Source: an uncultured bacterium | Lineage (GTDB): Bacteria > Zhuqueibacterota > QNDG01 > DSAB01 | Assembly (NCBI GenBank): GCA_964473625.1 | Contig: CAYYPT010000003.1 | Span: 1-41,287 of the forward strand | Direction: 5' to 3' | DNA: 41,287 bases | Shown: one piece after another, positions 12,206 through 20,110 of the stretch | Numbering within the stretch: position 1 is the first letter of the stretch | Layout of the letters: every line of letters begins with the position of its first letter | The notes under the pieces: model-generated | Database searches by the model: none | What the model was told of the DNA's origin: nothing | The model's input: only the letters and a program-made list of their open reading frames with translations | Program-made: the position numbers and the translations under genes

Positions 12206-12319
12206 ATGAAAGTTCGTGCTTCTGTAAGAAAAATGTGTGATAAATGTAAAATTGTTAAGAGGCGAGGCGTACTGCGCGTTATTTGTACAAATCCTCGTCA
12301 CAAACAACGTCAAGGATGA
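12206..12319 (+). CDS. rpmJ: 50S ribosomal protein L36 (zinc-ribbon form)
   Basis: Not in the ORF track because it is under 60 aa. Hand translation gives [37 protein letters not shown] then TGA. It sits in the canonical infA-rpmJ-rpsM position. Confidence 0.93.
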   Translation: MKVRASVRKMCDKCKIVKRRGVLRVICTNPRHKQRQG

Positions 12320-12353
12320 AATTTGAAAAACAAGATTAAGAAGAGGAGATAAA

Positions 12354-12725
12354 GTGGCTCGTATTGCTGGTATTGATCTTCCCAGAGAAAAACGGATTGA
12401 AGCAGCGCTGACCTATATTTATGGGATAGGATTTACTACCTCAAGAAAAATTCTAAAAGAAGCTGGAATAGATCCTAATCTTCGAGTGAAAGCTCTATCG
12501 GATAGTGACGTAGCAAAAATCAGGTCGGTTATTGATGCAAACTACAAAGTTGAAGGTGCGTTGCGAACCGAAGTTACCATGAATATAAAACGGCTCATGG
12601 ATATAGGTTCATATCGCGGGCTTCGTCACCGGAGAGGTTTAACTGTTAGGGGGCAGAGAACCAGAACAAACGCTAGAACCCGAAAGGGTAGGAAGAAAAC
12701 TGTAGCTGGTAAGAGAAGAAAGTAA
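12354..12725 (+). CDS. rpsM: 30S ribosomal protein S13
   Basis: 123 aa with a GTG start after [16 protein letters not shown]...[23 protein letters not shown] motifs. Confidence 0.96.
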   Translation: MARIAGIDLPREKRIEAALTYIYGIGFTTSRKILKEAGIDPNLRVKALSDSDVAKIRSVIDANYKVEGALRTEVTMNIKRLMDIGSYRGLRHRRGLTVRGQRTRTNARTRKGRKKTVAGKRRK

Positions 12726-12766
12726 GTAAAACTTAAAGGTTTTTAAAGAAAACGAGGAGGATAGAT

Positions 12767-13156
12767 TTGGCATCTCCTAAAAGAGGTCGGAAGAAAAAAA
12801 AGGAAAAAGTAGAAGCTGAAGGTCAAGCACATATCACTGCAACTTTCAATAATACAATTGTCTCTTTGACGGATAATTACGGTAATGTAATCTCGTGGGC
12901 CTCGGCAGGACGAATAGGGTTTAAAGGCGCCAGGAAAAACACACCATTTGCCGCTCAGTTAGCTGCCAAGACTGCGGCCAAAGAGGCTATGGATTTGGGC
13001 TTGCGGAGAATCAGTATTATTGTGAAAGGACCTGGTTCTGGCAGGGAAGCAGCGATTAGATCTCTTCAGGCTGCAGGTTTAGAAGTGATAGCTATCAGAG
13101 ATGTTACCCCTATTCCTCATAATGGATGCCGGCCTCCAAAGCGCCGAAGAGTATAA
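12767..13156 (+). CDS. rpsK: 30S ribosomal protein S11
   Basis: 129 aa with a TTG start after [19 protein letters not shown]...WASAG motif. Confidence 0.96.
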   Translation: MASPKRGRKKKKEKVEAEGQAHITATFNNTIVSLTDNYGNVISWASAGRIGFKGARKNTPFAAQLAAKTAAKEAMDLGLRRISIIVKGPGSGREAAIRSLQAAGLEVIAIRDVTPIPHNGCRPPKRRRV

Positions 13157-13186
13157 TGAAATAAGTAATAAGTTGAGGGTGTGTTA

Positions 13187-13819
13187 ATGGCAAGATATCG
13201 AGACTCAGTTTGTAAATTGTGCAGAAGAGAAGGTGAAAAACTTTTTCTCAAAGGAGCAAGATGCCAGACGGCTAAATGTTCTTTTGAGAAAAGAGGGTAT
13301 CCCCCTGGTCAACACGGCAAGTCTCACCGACTAAGAAAGTTATCAGATTATGGTTCGCAGTTAAGAGAAAAACAAAAAATTAAGCGATATTACGGTCTTC
13401 TCGAATCTCAATTTCGTGAGACTTTTGAAAAAGCAAGCAGAAAAAAAGGAATTACAAGTGAAAATCTTTTGAAGATGCTTGAGAGCCGTATGGACAATAT
13501 TGTTTTCCGATTAGGTTTTGCATCTTCACGAAGTATGGCCAGACAGTTAGTCAGACACCGCCATTTTATGGTGAACAACAAACTGGTAGATATTCCTTCC
13601 TTCCAGTTAAAGCCGGGCGATGTTATCCAAGTACGGAGGAAAAGTAGAAAATTGGATGTTATTCATAGCTCTATGAGGAGAATCAAAGAGGGAAAACAAT
13701 TGCCGTGGCTGAGCCTGGATAAAGCTAATCTCAAAGGGACATTTTTAGAAGTCCCAAGCAGGGCAGATATCCCTGTAACATTTAACGAAAGTTTAGTTGT
13801 AGAACTTTACTCAAAATAA
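13187..13819 (+). CDS. rpsD: 30S ribosomal protein S4 (four-Cys N-terminal form)
   Basis: The frame is open from GTG at 13181. ATG at 13187 follows GAGGG and gives the canonical MARYRDSVCKLCRREG N-terminus. An S4 RNA-binding domain is present. Confidence 0.95.
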   Translation: MARYRDSVCKLCRREGEKLFLKGARCQTAKCSFEKRGYPPGQHGKSHRLRKLSDYGSQLREKQKIKRYYGLLESQFRETFEKASRKKGITSENLLKMLESRMDNIVFRLGFASSRSMARQLVRHRHFMVNNKLVDIPSFQLKPGDVIQVRRKSRKLDVIHSSMRRIKEGKQLPWLSLDKANLKGTFLEVPSRADIPVTFNESLVVELYSK

Positions 13820-13861
13820 AAAAAATAACTAATAAAGAGTGAATATTTGAGGATATAATTT

Positions 13862-14851
13862 ATGAATCGGTCTACATTACAAATGCCAGAAGGCGTTGAA
13901 AAAGATGAGACTACTTATTCCAGCACATATGGCAAGTTTATAGTGCAGCCTCTTGAAAGAGGTTTTGGTGTGACTTTAGGGAATGCTTTTCGGAGAGTGC
14001 TTCTTTCTTCTCTTCATGGAGCGGCTATTACCCATATCCGAATAGATGGAGTGCTGCATGAATTCTCTACTGTGCCTGGAGTAGTGGAGGATGTTTCAGA
14101 AATTATTCTTAATTTAAAACAGGTCCGATTGAAACTCCTGAACAAGCGTCCGGATCGTGTGTCGCTTGTTTTGAAAGGTCCTGGGGAATTTAAAGCAGGA
14201 GACATTCAAAAAAACACTACGGATTTTGAAGTGTTGAATCCTGATCATCATATAGCCACGTTAAACGAAGATGCAGACTTTAAAATGGAATTAAGAATAG
14301 GAAGAGGAAGAGGATACCTTCCTGCAGAAGAGAATAAACTTCCGGATCAACCGATCGGAATGATTCCTCTTGATGCTGTTTTTAACCCTATTCGCAAAGT
14401 TAATTATCGCGTGGAAAATACACGGGTAGGACACAGAACAGATTACGAAAAATTAACCATTGAGGTGGAAACAGATGGGAGTATTACTCCTGACGATGCG
14501 CTCACTTTTGCCGGGAAAATTCTTAAAGATCATATCGAACTTTTTATCAGTTTTGATGTTGAACCAGAAGAGGAGGAAGAGGTTTCGAGAGTAGACGAAG
14601 ATGCTTTGAAGATTCGCAAACTTCTGAAAATGAGTGTAGAAGAATTAGAACTTTCTGTTCGTTCCCAAAATTGTTTGAAAGCGGCCAAAATAGAGACTAT
14701 TGGAGATTTGGTCCGCCGAGACGAACAGGAGATGTTAAAATTTAGAAATTTCGGCCGGAAATCTCTTCAGGAACTTGCGAGGATACTGGAAGAAAAAGGC
14801 CTCCATTTTGGTATGGATGTAGATGCATATCTTAAAGGTGAATCTTCCTGA
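13862..14851 (+). CDS. rpoA: DNA-directed RNA polymerase subunit alpha
   Basis: 329 aa with FIVQPLERGFGVTLGNAFRRVLLSS and a C-terminal domain motif ELELSVRSQNCLK. Confidence 0.97.
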   Translation: MNRSTLQMPEGVEKDETTYSSTYGKFIVQPLERGFGVTLGNAFRRVLLSSLHGAAITHIRIDGVLHEFSTVPGVVEDVSEIILNLKQVRLKLLNKRPDRVSLVLKGPGEFKAGDIQKNTTDFEVLNPDHHIATLNEDADFKMELRIGRGRGYLPAEENKLPDQPIGMIPLDAVFNPIRKVNYRVENTRVGHRTDYEKLTIEVETDGSITPDDALTFAGKILKDHIELFISFDVEPEEEEEVSRVDEDALKIRKLLKMSVEELELSVRSQNCLKAAKIETIGDLVRRDEQEMLKFRNFGRKSLQELARILEEKGLHFGMDVDAYLKGESS

Positions 14852-14878
14852 AAATAGTAAACGAGGAGAGGTTAATAC

Positions 14879-15499
14879 ATGAGACACCGGAAGTCGGTAA
14901 AAAAGTTAGGACGTACTGCTGCACATAGAAAAGCTTTATTAGCAAATCTTTCAGCGGCTTTATTTGAACAAAAACATATTCAAACAACTGAAGCCAAGGC
15001 AAAGGAAACCAGAAGGGTTTCGGAAAGGCTTATTACTTTAGCAAAAAAGAATACTCTCCATGCAAGACGGCTTGCTTTAAAACGTCTTCGCAGGAAAAAA
15101 ATAGTGAATATCCTTTTTGATAAAATTGCTCCGTTTTATGCGGATAGAGCAGGTGGATATACTCGGGTAATTAAATTAGGTCAGAGACCCGGGGATGGCG
15201 CAAGTATGGCTGTTCTGGAATTAGTGGGTTATGAAACAGCCAGCAAGAAGAAGAAAGAAAAAGAGGCTAAACTCGAAGCCAAAAAGAAACAAGGGAAGAG
15301 CGAAAAATCAAAAGGGGTATCGCCGGTTGCTGAAACTATTGATGATAGTAGTGCTAAAACAAAGGAGAAAAAAGCAATATCCAGTGAGAAAAAGGAAGCA
15401 GTAGATAAGGAGAATAAAAAAGCTAAGAAAGAAAAAATCACAAAAGAGGATAAAAAGGATAAGAAAGTTAAGCAGGATAAGAAGGAGAAAAATTCCTGA
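14879..15499 (+). CDS. rplQ: 50S ribosomal protein L17 with a ~85-aa Lys/Glu-rich C-terminal tail
   Basis: MRHRKSVKKLGRTAAHRKALLANL...GGYTRVIKLGQRPGDGA is the L17 core. Residues from ~117 to the end are low-complexity K/E/S. Confidence 0.93.
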   Translation: MRHRKSVKKLGRTAAHRKALLANLSAALFEQKHIQTTEAKAKETRRVSERLITLAKKNTLHARRLALKRLRRKKIVNILFDKIAPFYADRAGGYTRVIKLGQRPGDGASMAVLELVGYETASKKKKEKEAKLEAKKKQGKSEKSKGVSPVAETIDDSSAKTKEKKAISSEKKEAVDKENKKAKKEKITKEDKKDKKVKQDKKEKNS

Positions 15500-15640
15500 C
15501 AGAGCTTTTGTAAATTAGCGAAAGGAATTCTATTTTATAGTTTTTTGCTGAGAGTATTAATTTGAGTTTTGTTTTATTTGGTTGTTATATTAAGAGACTT
15601 AGCTAACTTTGCGTGAGAACCAATCTATTGAGAGGGCAAT

Positions 15641-16783
15641 CTAATTTTTGGGTTGTCCTTTTTTCTTATTTTTTTTAAAAATGGATTTTTTGCGTGGGAT
15701 TTCTACAATTATTCCCTTACTGCTGAAAAAGAAGAGGTCTCCTACAGTAAGTCCAATTGACTCGCGAAGAGGCTGCCAATTTTCTCGATACGACTCATTG
15801 TCTACATGGGTTCCGTCTTTATCTTTGGTAATCAGACGAACACGCTGAGGATGGTCACGATTTATCATGAAAGGCGAGTGAGTGGTATAAACAAGTTGGT
15901 TTTTCTCTGAAAGATTTTCAAGAAGGTGAGTAAGATCTTTCTGACCTGACGGATGTAAATGTAGCCCAGGCTCATCTAAAAGGAACAGATATTCATTTGC
16001 TTTTGCCTCACTTGTAGTGGCAATAAAGTTAATGTAAAATGAAAGATACCACAAAAAGCCCTGGGATCTTGTTTTAGGAGTGTCATAAACGGTTGTTGCA
16101 TCGCTGAAATCTATATATAGAAGTTTTCCGTTGACCCGTAATTTAATTTCAAGGGTAGGTTCCTGTGTCCACACTTCCTGAATTCTTCGGGTGATTTCAC
16201 GGCCAGTTTCTTCAGTAGCTCTTCTTCCTCTCGTAGAGTCTTCAAAAATCAGGGAGGGATCTTCAATTCCTCCTATTTTTAGAAGATTTCTTTCTGTCCG
16301 GGAATCATTTTCTCCTTTTAGAATAGATTCCATATCTACACGGTCTTTTATAATAGGGATAGTATCGAAATAAAGAATTTTGGGGAAAAATTCAAAAAGG
16401 GATTTTACGTTACCGATGGCAAGAGTTTTCTCATTGAGTTGGATTTTATAATCTGAAAGTTTTGGTCCTTCCCTTTTTAAAATAAAGGAGTCTACAGAGC
16501 GAAACCCTTCATATATTTTTGCGAGTTTGGTTTGCTCTTCACGGGTAAAGTTGGTTAATTCTATTGCAATCTGAGGAGGTTTTGATACATGATATAGTTC
16601 AGAATATTGACAGGTTAGTTCATTGTTCAGCGGCATATCCGGCCGTACGTGTTCTATTGCCTTAAGTATGTTTGTTTTCCCGGATTCATTTGGACCAATG
16701 AGAACTGTTATTTTAGGAGAGAGAGGAAGAGTCATTTTATGAATTGATTTAAAGGAGTTAATGTGCACTTTAGAGACTATCAT
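15641..16783 (-). CDS. OLD/AAA15-family ABC-type ATPase, no nuclease domain (possibly 3'-truncated)
   Basis: 380 aa. Walker A GPNESGKT, signature-like SQGF, Walker B LFLLDEPGLHLH and H-loop TTHSP. It ends in ..GIIVEIPRKKSIFKKNKKKGQPKN, read from an A-rich tract. Confidence 0.7.
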   Translation of the reverse strand: MIVSKVHINSFKSIHKMTLPLSPKITVLIGPNESGKTNILKAIEHVRPDMPLNNELTCQYSELYHVSKPPQIAIELTNFTREEQTKLAKIYEGFRSVDSFILKREGPKLSDYKIQLNEKTLAIGNVKSLFEFFPKILYFDTIPIIKDRVDMESILKGENDSRTERNLLKIGGIEDPSLIFEDSTRGRRATEETGREITRRIQEVWTQEPTLEIKLRVNGKLLYIDFSDATTVYDTPKTRSQGFLWYLSFYINFIATTSEAKANEYLFLLDEPGLHLHPSGQKDLTHLLENLSEKNQLVYTTHSPFMINRDHPQRVRLITKDKDGTHVDNESYRENWQPLRESIGLTVGDLFFFSSKGIIVEIPRKKSIFKKNKKKGQPKN

Positions 16784-16888
16784 GGAACCTCCTGAGAACT
16801 TTGTATCTTTCTATGAAAAAATAAACATCTTTTTGAAAAATGCAAGTGAATTTGTGTGTTTTTTTCGTAGGCAGAGGTAAATAATAAA

Positions 16889-16911
16889 TGCCATCGTTCA
16901 AAACGATGGCA
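16889..16911 (-). terminator. Intrinsic terminator downstream of the TonB-dependent receptor
   Basis: Perfect 10-bp stem (TGCCATCGTT/AACGATGGCA) with a 3-nt loop, followed on the minus strand by TTTATTATTT. It lies 43 nt after the receptor stop. Confidence 0.55.
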
Positions 16912-16953
16912 CTCATAGATATTTGATAAGTTAGGAAAAATTTCTGTTGGGAA

Positions 16954-19137
16954 TTAGTATTTGATACCAAAAGATAAACGAAATTCCCTTCCTGGAATAG
17001 GATAACCATCCATTATATAAATAGATTTATCCATGATATTCCAGGCTTCCAGCTTTGCATCGATGTTGAATCCAGAGAATGAAAAATAACAGCCAATATT
17101 ACCGCTAAGCAGATGGTATGCATTAAGATAATCGTATTTATAAGTTATGTAGTTAAAATAGCGCCGTTTCCCTACCGATCTGTAATTCAAATTGAGGTGA
17201 AAAATCCAGTATCTAAAACCAGCATTTATATCAATTTTGTTTTTAGGTCGATAAATCAGAGGATTCCCTCTGTTGGGTGAGTTTGAAGTTTCGTCAATCG
17301 CTTTCATCCATGTATGAGCAATTTTGAGGTAAGCGGTGTTTTGTGGAGCTCTAATTGTCCAAATATTTTCGAAACCAGAAATTTTCGCTCTACCGATATT
17401 TTGTGGTGTCCACTTCCAATTTGGGCCTGTGTTCCATACAATAAGATCAGTAATGCTGTTTTTAAAATAGGTTAGTTCAATCTGAAATAAACTGGATTGA
17501 ATGTGACGAAAGAGTAATCCTATATCAAAGTTTGTACTTGTTTCAGGTTTAAGATCAGGATTGCCTTTTGTGTAAGCATCTTCGGGCCAGTAGAGATCAT
17601 TAAATGAAGGAGCACGGAAAGATTTGTCGAAGTTTCCTTTTATTGCTATGATTCTATTTTCCCCTGAGTTCAGAATGAATCCCAATTCAGGACAAATCTG
17701 AGATTTTACGTCGGAATAACTACCCCACCTGAAAGCAGGGAAGAGCCGTCCGCGCAATGGGATTCCAAAGAAAGTAAAGGCGTGGTAATTGATCTCAGTT
17801 TGTAAGTAAATGCTGCGGGTTGTCCGAGAATGTTTCCCTACATCTGTGCTTTTTAGATGATCTTCTCTAAGTTCTCCGCCGTGAATTAATGTAAAAGAGG
17901 GTGATATAGTCCAGCTTGCTTGAAAGCTTATACCCAGGGCAGAATTTCTGTGATGACTGTATATACCAATATCCCGGAAAACCTGATCGGATTTCTGAGA
18001 GTAAAGTTGACTTTTTAGTTGGAGAGAACTTGTAATTCGTTCGTTTAACCGGAGGTTATACAATTTTCGTTTTTCGTCTCTCCGGGCTTGAGGGGAAGGA
18101 AAGCTTATCGGGCCTGCAATGCCGCGGTTGGATTTCAAGAATTGGTGGATAAACAGAAGTTTCCCACGGCGTCCAAGATTTAGCTTTGATTTAAAGAAAA
18201 AGTTATTTCCATTGAAATCGTTGTTCTCTCGTGTTTTTATCGTTTTGCTCTGAGGCATGATATATTCAAAATTTCCCTTACTTCTGGTATGGTTGTATGT
18301 AGTAAAGCAACTAAAAGATCCTAATCTTTGTGAGCCGAAGAGGGTTATCTCTTCTGTTCCAAAGGATCCTGTTATGGACCTGATACCATAGGAAAATCCC
18401 TTCTCAGGGATTGATTCATTGGTTATTAAATGTACTACCCCTCCAACGGCGTCGGTTCCAAAGAGAGCAGAATGCCCTCCTCTAATAATTTCAATTCTCT
18501 CCAGTGCTTCTATTGGGATAATATTGAGATCAACACCTCCGCTCTGTGCAGTATTAAGGCGCTGATCGTCCAGTAGCACGAGGACCTGTGAATCATTGGA
18601 CCCCCGGATGGAAAGAGTTTTGAGCCCTGCAAATCCTCCCTGATTCTTTACCAATAATCCACCCACACTTGCCACTATCTCGCCCGCTGTGCTGCCGTTG
18701 AGTTCCCGGAATTGGGAAGGCAGGAGTATTTCTGACGATGAGGAAACATTGTCTTTAAGATGATCGGATCTGGTGGCTGTAACAATAATTGGATTTATTG
18801 GGATGACCATTGGGCTCAGAGTGAAATCAAGAATTGTTTTCTCTCCAATGGTGATATTCTTTTTTACTGCTGATTTGTAGCCCATTACTTTTACCGTAAT
18901 AGTGTATGTTCCCTTCGGGATTTTTTGAATGCAGTAATATCCTCCATCTTCTGAAGCTGTACCATAAGGAGTTCCGTCTAGTATAATGTTTGCGTCCGGA
19001 ATAGGATCACCTGTTTTCTTGTCAAATATAAACCCCGAGATTTTTCCTGTTGATGATGTTGACGGAGAAGAAATTCCAGTGGTAAAGATAATTAGCGTAA
19101 AAATAGATGCAATAAAATAGACAGTTCTTTTTTTCAT
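16954..19137 (-). CDS. TonB-dependent receptor with carboxypeptidase-regulatory N-domain (BtuB-like, B12-riboswitch controlled)
   Basis: 727 aa. Signal peptide, then a CarboxypepD_reg-like GKISGFIFDKKTGDPIPDANIILDG segment, a plug (ALERIEIIRGGHSALFGTDAVGGVVHL) and a barrel ending in ..FRLSFGIKY. A cobalamin riboswitch lies directly upstream. Confidence 0.85.
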   Translation of the reverse strand: MKKRTVYFIASIFTLIIFTTGISSPSTSSTGKISGFIFDKKTGDPIPDANIILDGTPYGTASEDGGYYCIQKIPKGTYTITVKVMGYKSAVKKNITIGEKTILDFTLSPMVIPINPIIVTATRSDHLKDNVSSSSEILLPSQFRELNGSTAGEIVASVGGLLVKNQGGFAGLKTLSIRGSNDSQVLVLLDDQRLNTAQSGGVDLNIIPIEALERIEIIRGGHSALFGTDAVGGVVHLITNESIPEKGFSYGIRSITGSFGTEEITLFGSQRLGSFSCFTTYNHTRSKGNFEYIMPQSKTIKTRENNDFNGNNFFFKSKLNLGRRGKLLFIHQFLKSNRGIAGPISFPSPQARRDEKRKLYNLRLNERITSSLQLKSQLYSQKSDQVFRDIGIYSHHRNSALGISFQASWTISPSFTLIHGGELREDHLKSTDVGKHSRTTRSIYLQTEINYHAFTFFGIPLRGRLFPAFRWGSYSDVKSQICPELGFILNSGENRIIAIKGNFDKSFRAPSFNDLYWPEDAYTKGNPDLKPETSTNFDIGLLFRHIQSSLFQIELTYFKNSITDLIVWNTGPNWKWTPQNIGRAKISGFENIWTIRAPQNTAYLKIAHTWMKAIDETSNSPNRGNPLIYRPKNKIDINAGFRYWIFHLNLNYRSVGKRRYFNYITYKYDYLNAYHLLSGNIGCYFSFSGFNIDAKLEAWNIMDKSIYIMDGYPIPGREFRLSFGIKY

Positions 19138-19140
19138 TTT

Positions 19141-19340
19141 AAACCTCCTTTACTTTCCCTCGAAAGTTCCGGGGAAGTTCAGGGATTTTCTGGTCTCCTG
19201 ACTTACGGCTCAAACCTACTAACCAGGCCTTCCCATCCGCCTTAGACGGACAGTGGCATTTACTGGCTTTCGTTGCCGATCACAGTAGCGGGGCTGTGGC
19301 GGATTTTCACTGCCTTCCCGGAGAAATCCCTTGTAGAAAA
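19141..19340 (-). promoter_or_regulatory. Cobalamin (B12) riboswitch no. 1
   Basis: The minus strand reads GGGAAGGCAGTGAAAATCCGCCACAGCCCCGCTACTGTGA ... GCCACTG ... GGGAAGGC ... GTAAGTCAGGAGACC (B12 box). It lies in the 5' leader of the receptor gene. AAGGAGG sits 8 nt before the ATG. Confidence 0.85.
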
Positions 19341-19387
19341 TGTTTGGATTTCAGTTACTACATTACGAATAAAGGCATCAGATACCT

Positions 19388-20110
19388 TCAGTGAATCTTA
19401 TTCAGACTTCCAACGGCATCGCCTCCTCTTATTGTACATGTTTTAACATATTGTGAAGCAATAGATTGAAAATGTTTCATCATCTTCAGGTTAAAAGGAG
19501 AAAGTTTGGTGTATTCTGGATCAAGAGTACGATAACCCGATAGATTCTGGAGAACGTATTTTTCTGCCCCGATAATTAGACGAGCCATTTCATCAATCAT
19601 CTTTTCGTCATGGAATCCAGAGACAAGGGTAGAACGAAATTCGTAAGGAACATTCCCATCCATAATTAATTCAATACTTTTCTTTATCGGTTCAAAAGAT
19701 ATTTTTCTCCCCACTATCATAGAATAATTTCGAGGGGGGGCTTTTATGTCCATTGCAATGTAGTCTATATTTCCATCTGCAATAAGTTTTTTTAGAGTTT
19801 CTGGAAAAGTTCCATTTGTGTCTATCTTAACTTCATATCCTAAATTTTTTATCTTCTTTATAGTTTCTATAATGTCTTTCTGCATGAGAGGCTCTCCACC
19901 GGTAATGGCAACGCCGTCGAGCTGTTTTCTTCGTGACAGAAGGTATTCCCAGACAGCATTTAATGAAACAGGAGAAGTTTCCGTGATTTTGATTAAATCT
20001 GGATTCTGACAGTAGGGACACCTAAGATTACAGCCTTGAGTAAAGATCACAGCGGCTATTCGTCCCGGGAAATCGATGAGTGAGATCTTTTGAAGTCCGC
20101 CAATTTTCAT
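19388..20110 (-). CDS. nrdG: Anaerobic ribonucleoside-triphosphate reductase activating protein (radical SAM)
   Basis: The ORF-track frame opens at 20236. ATG at 20110 overlaps the nrdD stop (ATGA) and gives MKIGGLQKISLIDFPG...GCNLRCPYCQNP (CX3CX2C). Confidence 0.9.
   Translation of the reverse strand: MKIGGLQKISLIDFPGRIAAVIFTQGCNLRCPYCQNPDLIKITETSPVSLNAVWEYLLSRRKQLDGVAITGGEPLMQKDIIETIKKIKNLGYEVKIDTNGTFPETLKKLIADGNIDYIAMDIKAPPRNYSMIVGRKISFEPIKKSIELIMDGNVPYEFRSTLVSGFHDEKMIDEMARLIIGAEKYVLQNLSGYRTLDPEYTKLSPFNLKMMKHFQSIASQYVKTCTIRGGDAVGSLNKIH

Noticed and set aside
485-15441. Many 60-146-aa minus-strand ORFs inside the ribosomal superoperon, for example 485-823, 3406-3675, 8494-8934, 8780-9118, 10533-10964 and 15229-15441. 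Also + strand out-of-frame ORFs at 3328-3519, 8769-8978 and 9147-9380.
   Set aside because: All lie antisense to, or out of frame within, unmistakable conserved genes. They have no Shine-Dalgarno and give low-complexity or implausible translations. They are shadow ORFs.
15500-15640. Convergent intergenic region between rplQ and the ATPase. I searched it for a terminator, a tRNA or Toprim-coding remnants.
   Set aside because: I found no convincing hairpin with a T-run, no tRNA-like sequence and no open frame continuing the ATPase. Nothing here is reportable.
16770-17009. A 79-aa minus-strand ORF bridging the receptor 3' end and the ATPase upstream region. I considered it as a possible partner gene for the ATPase.
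   Set aside because: It overlaps the receptor C-terminus and runs straight through the 16889-16911 terminator hairpin. The translation is implausible and there is no ribosome-binding site.
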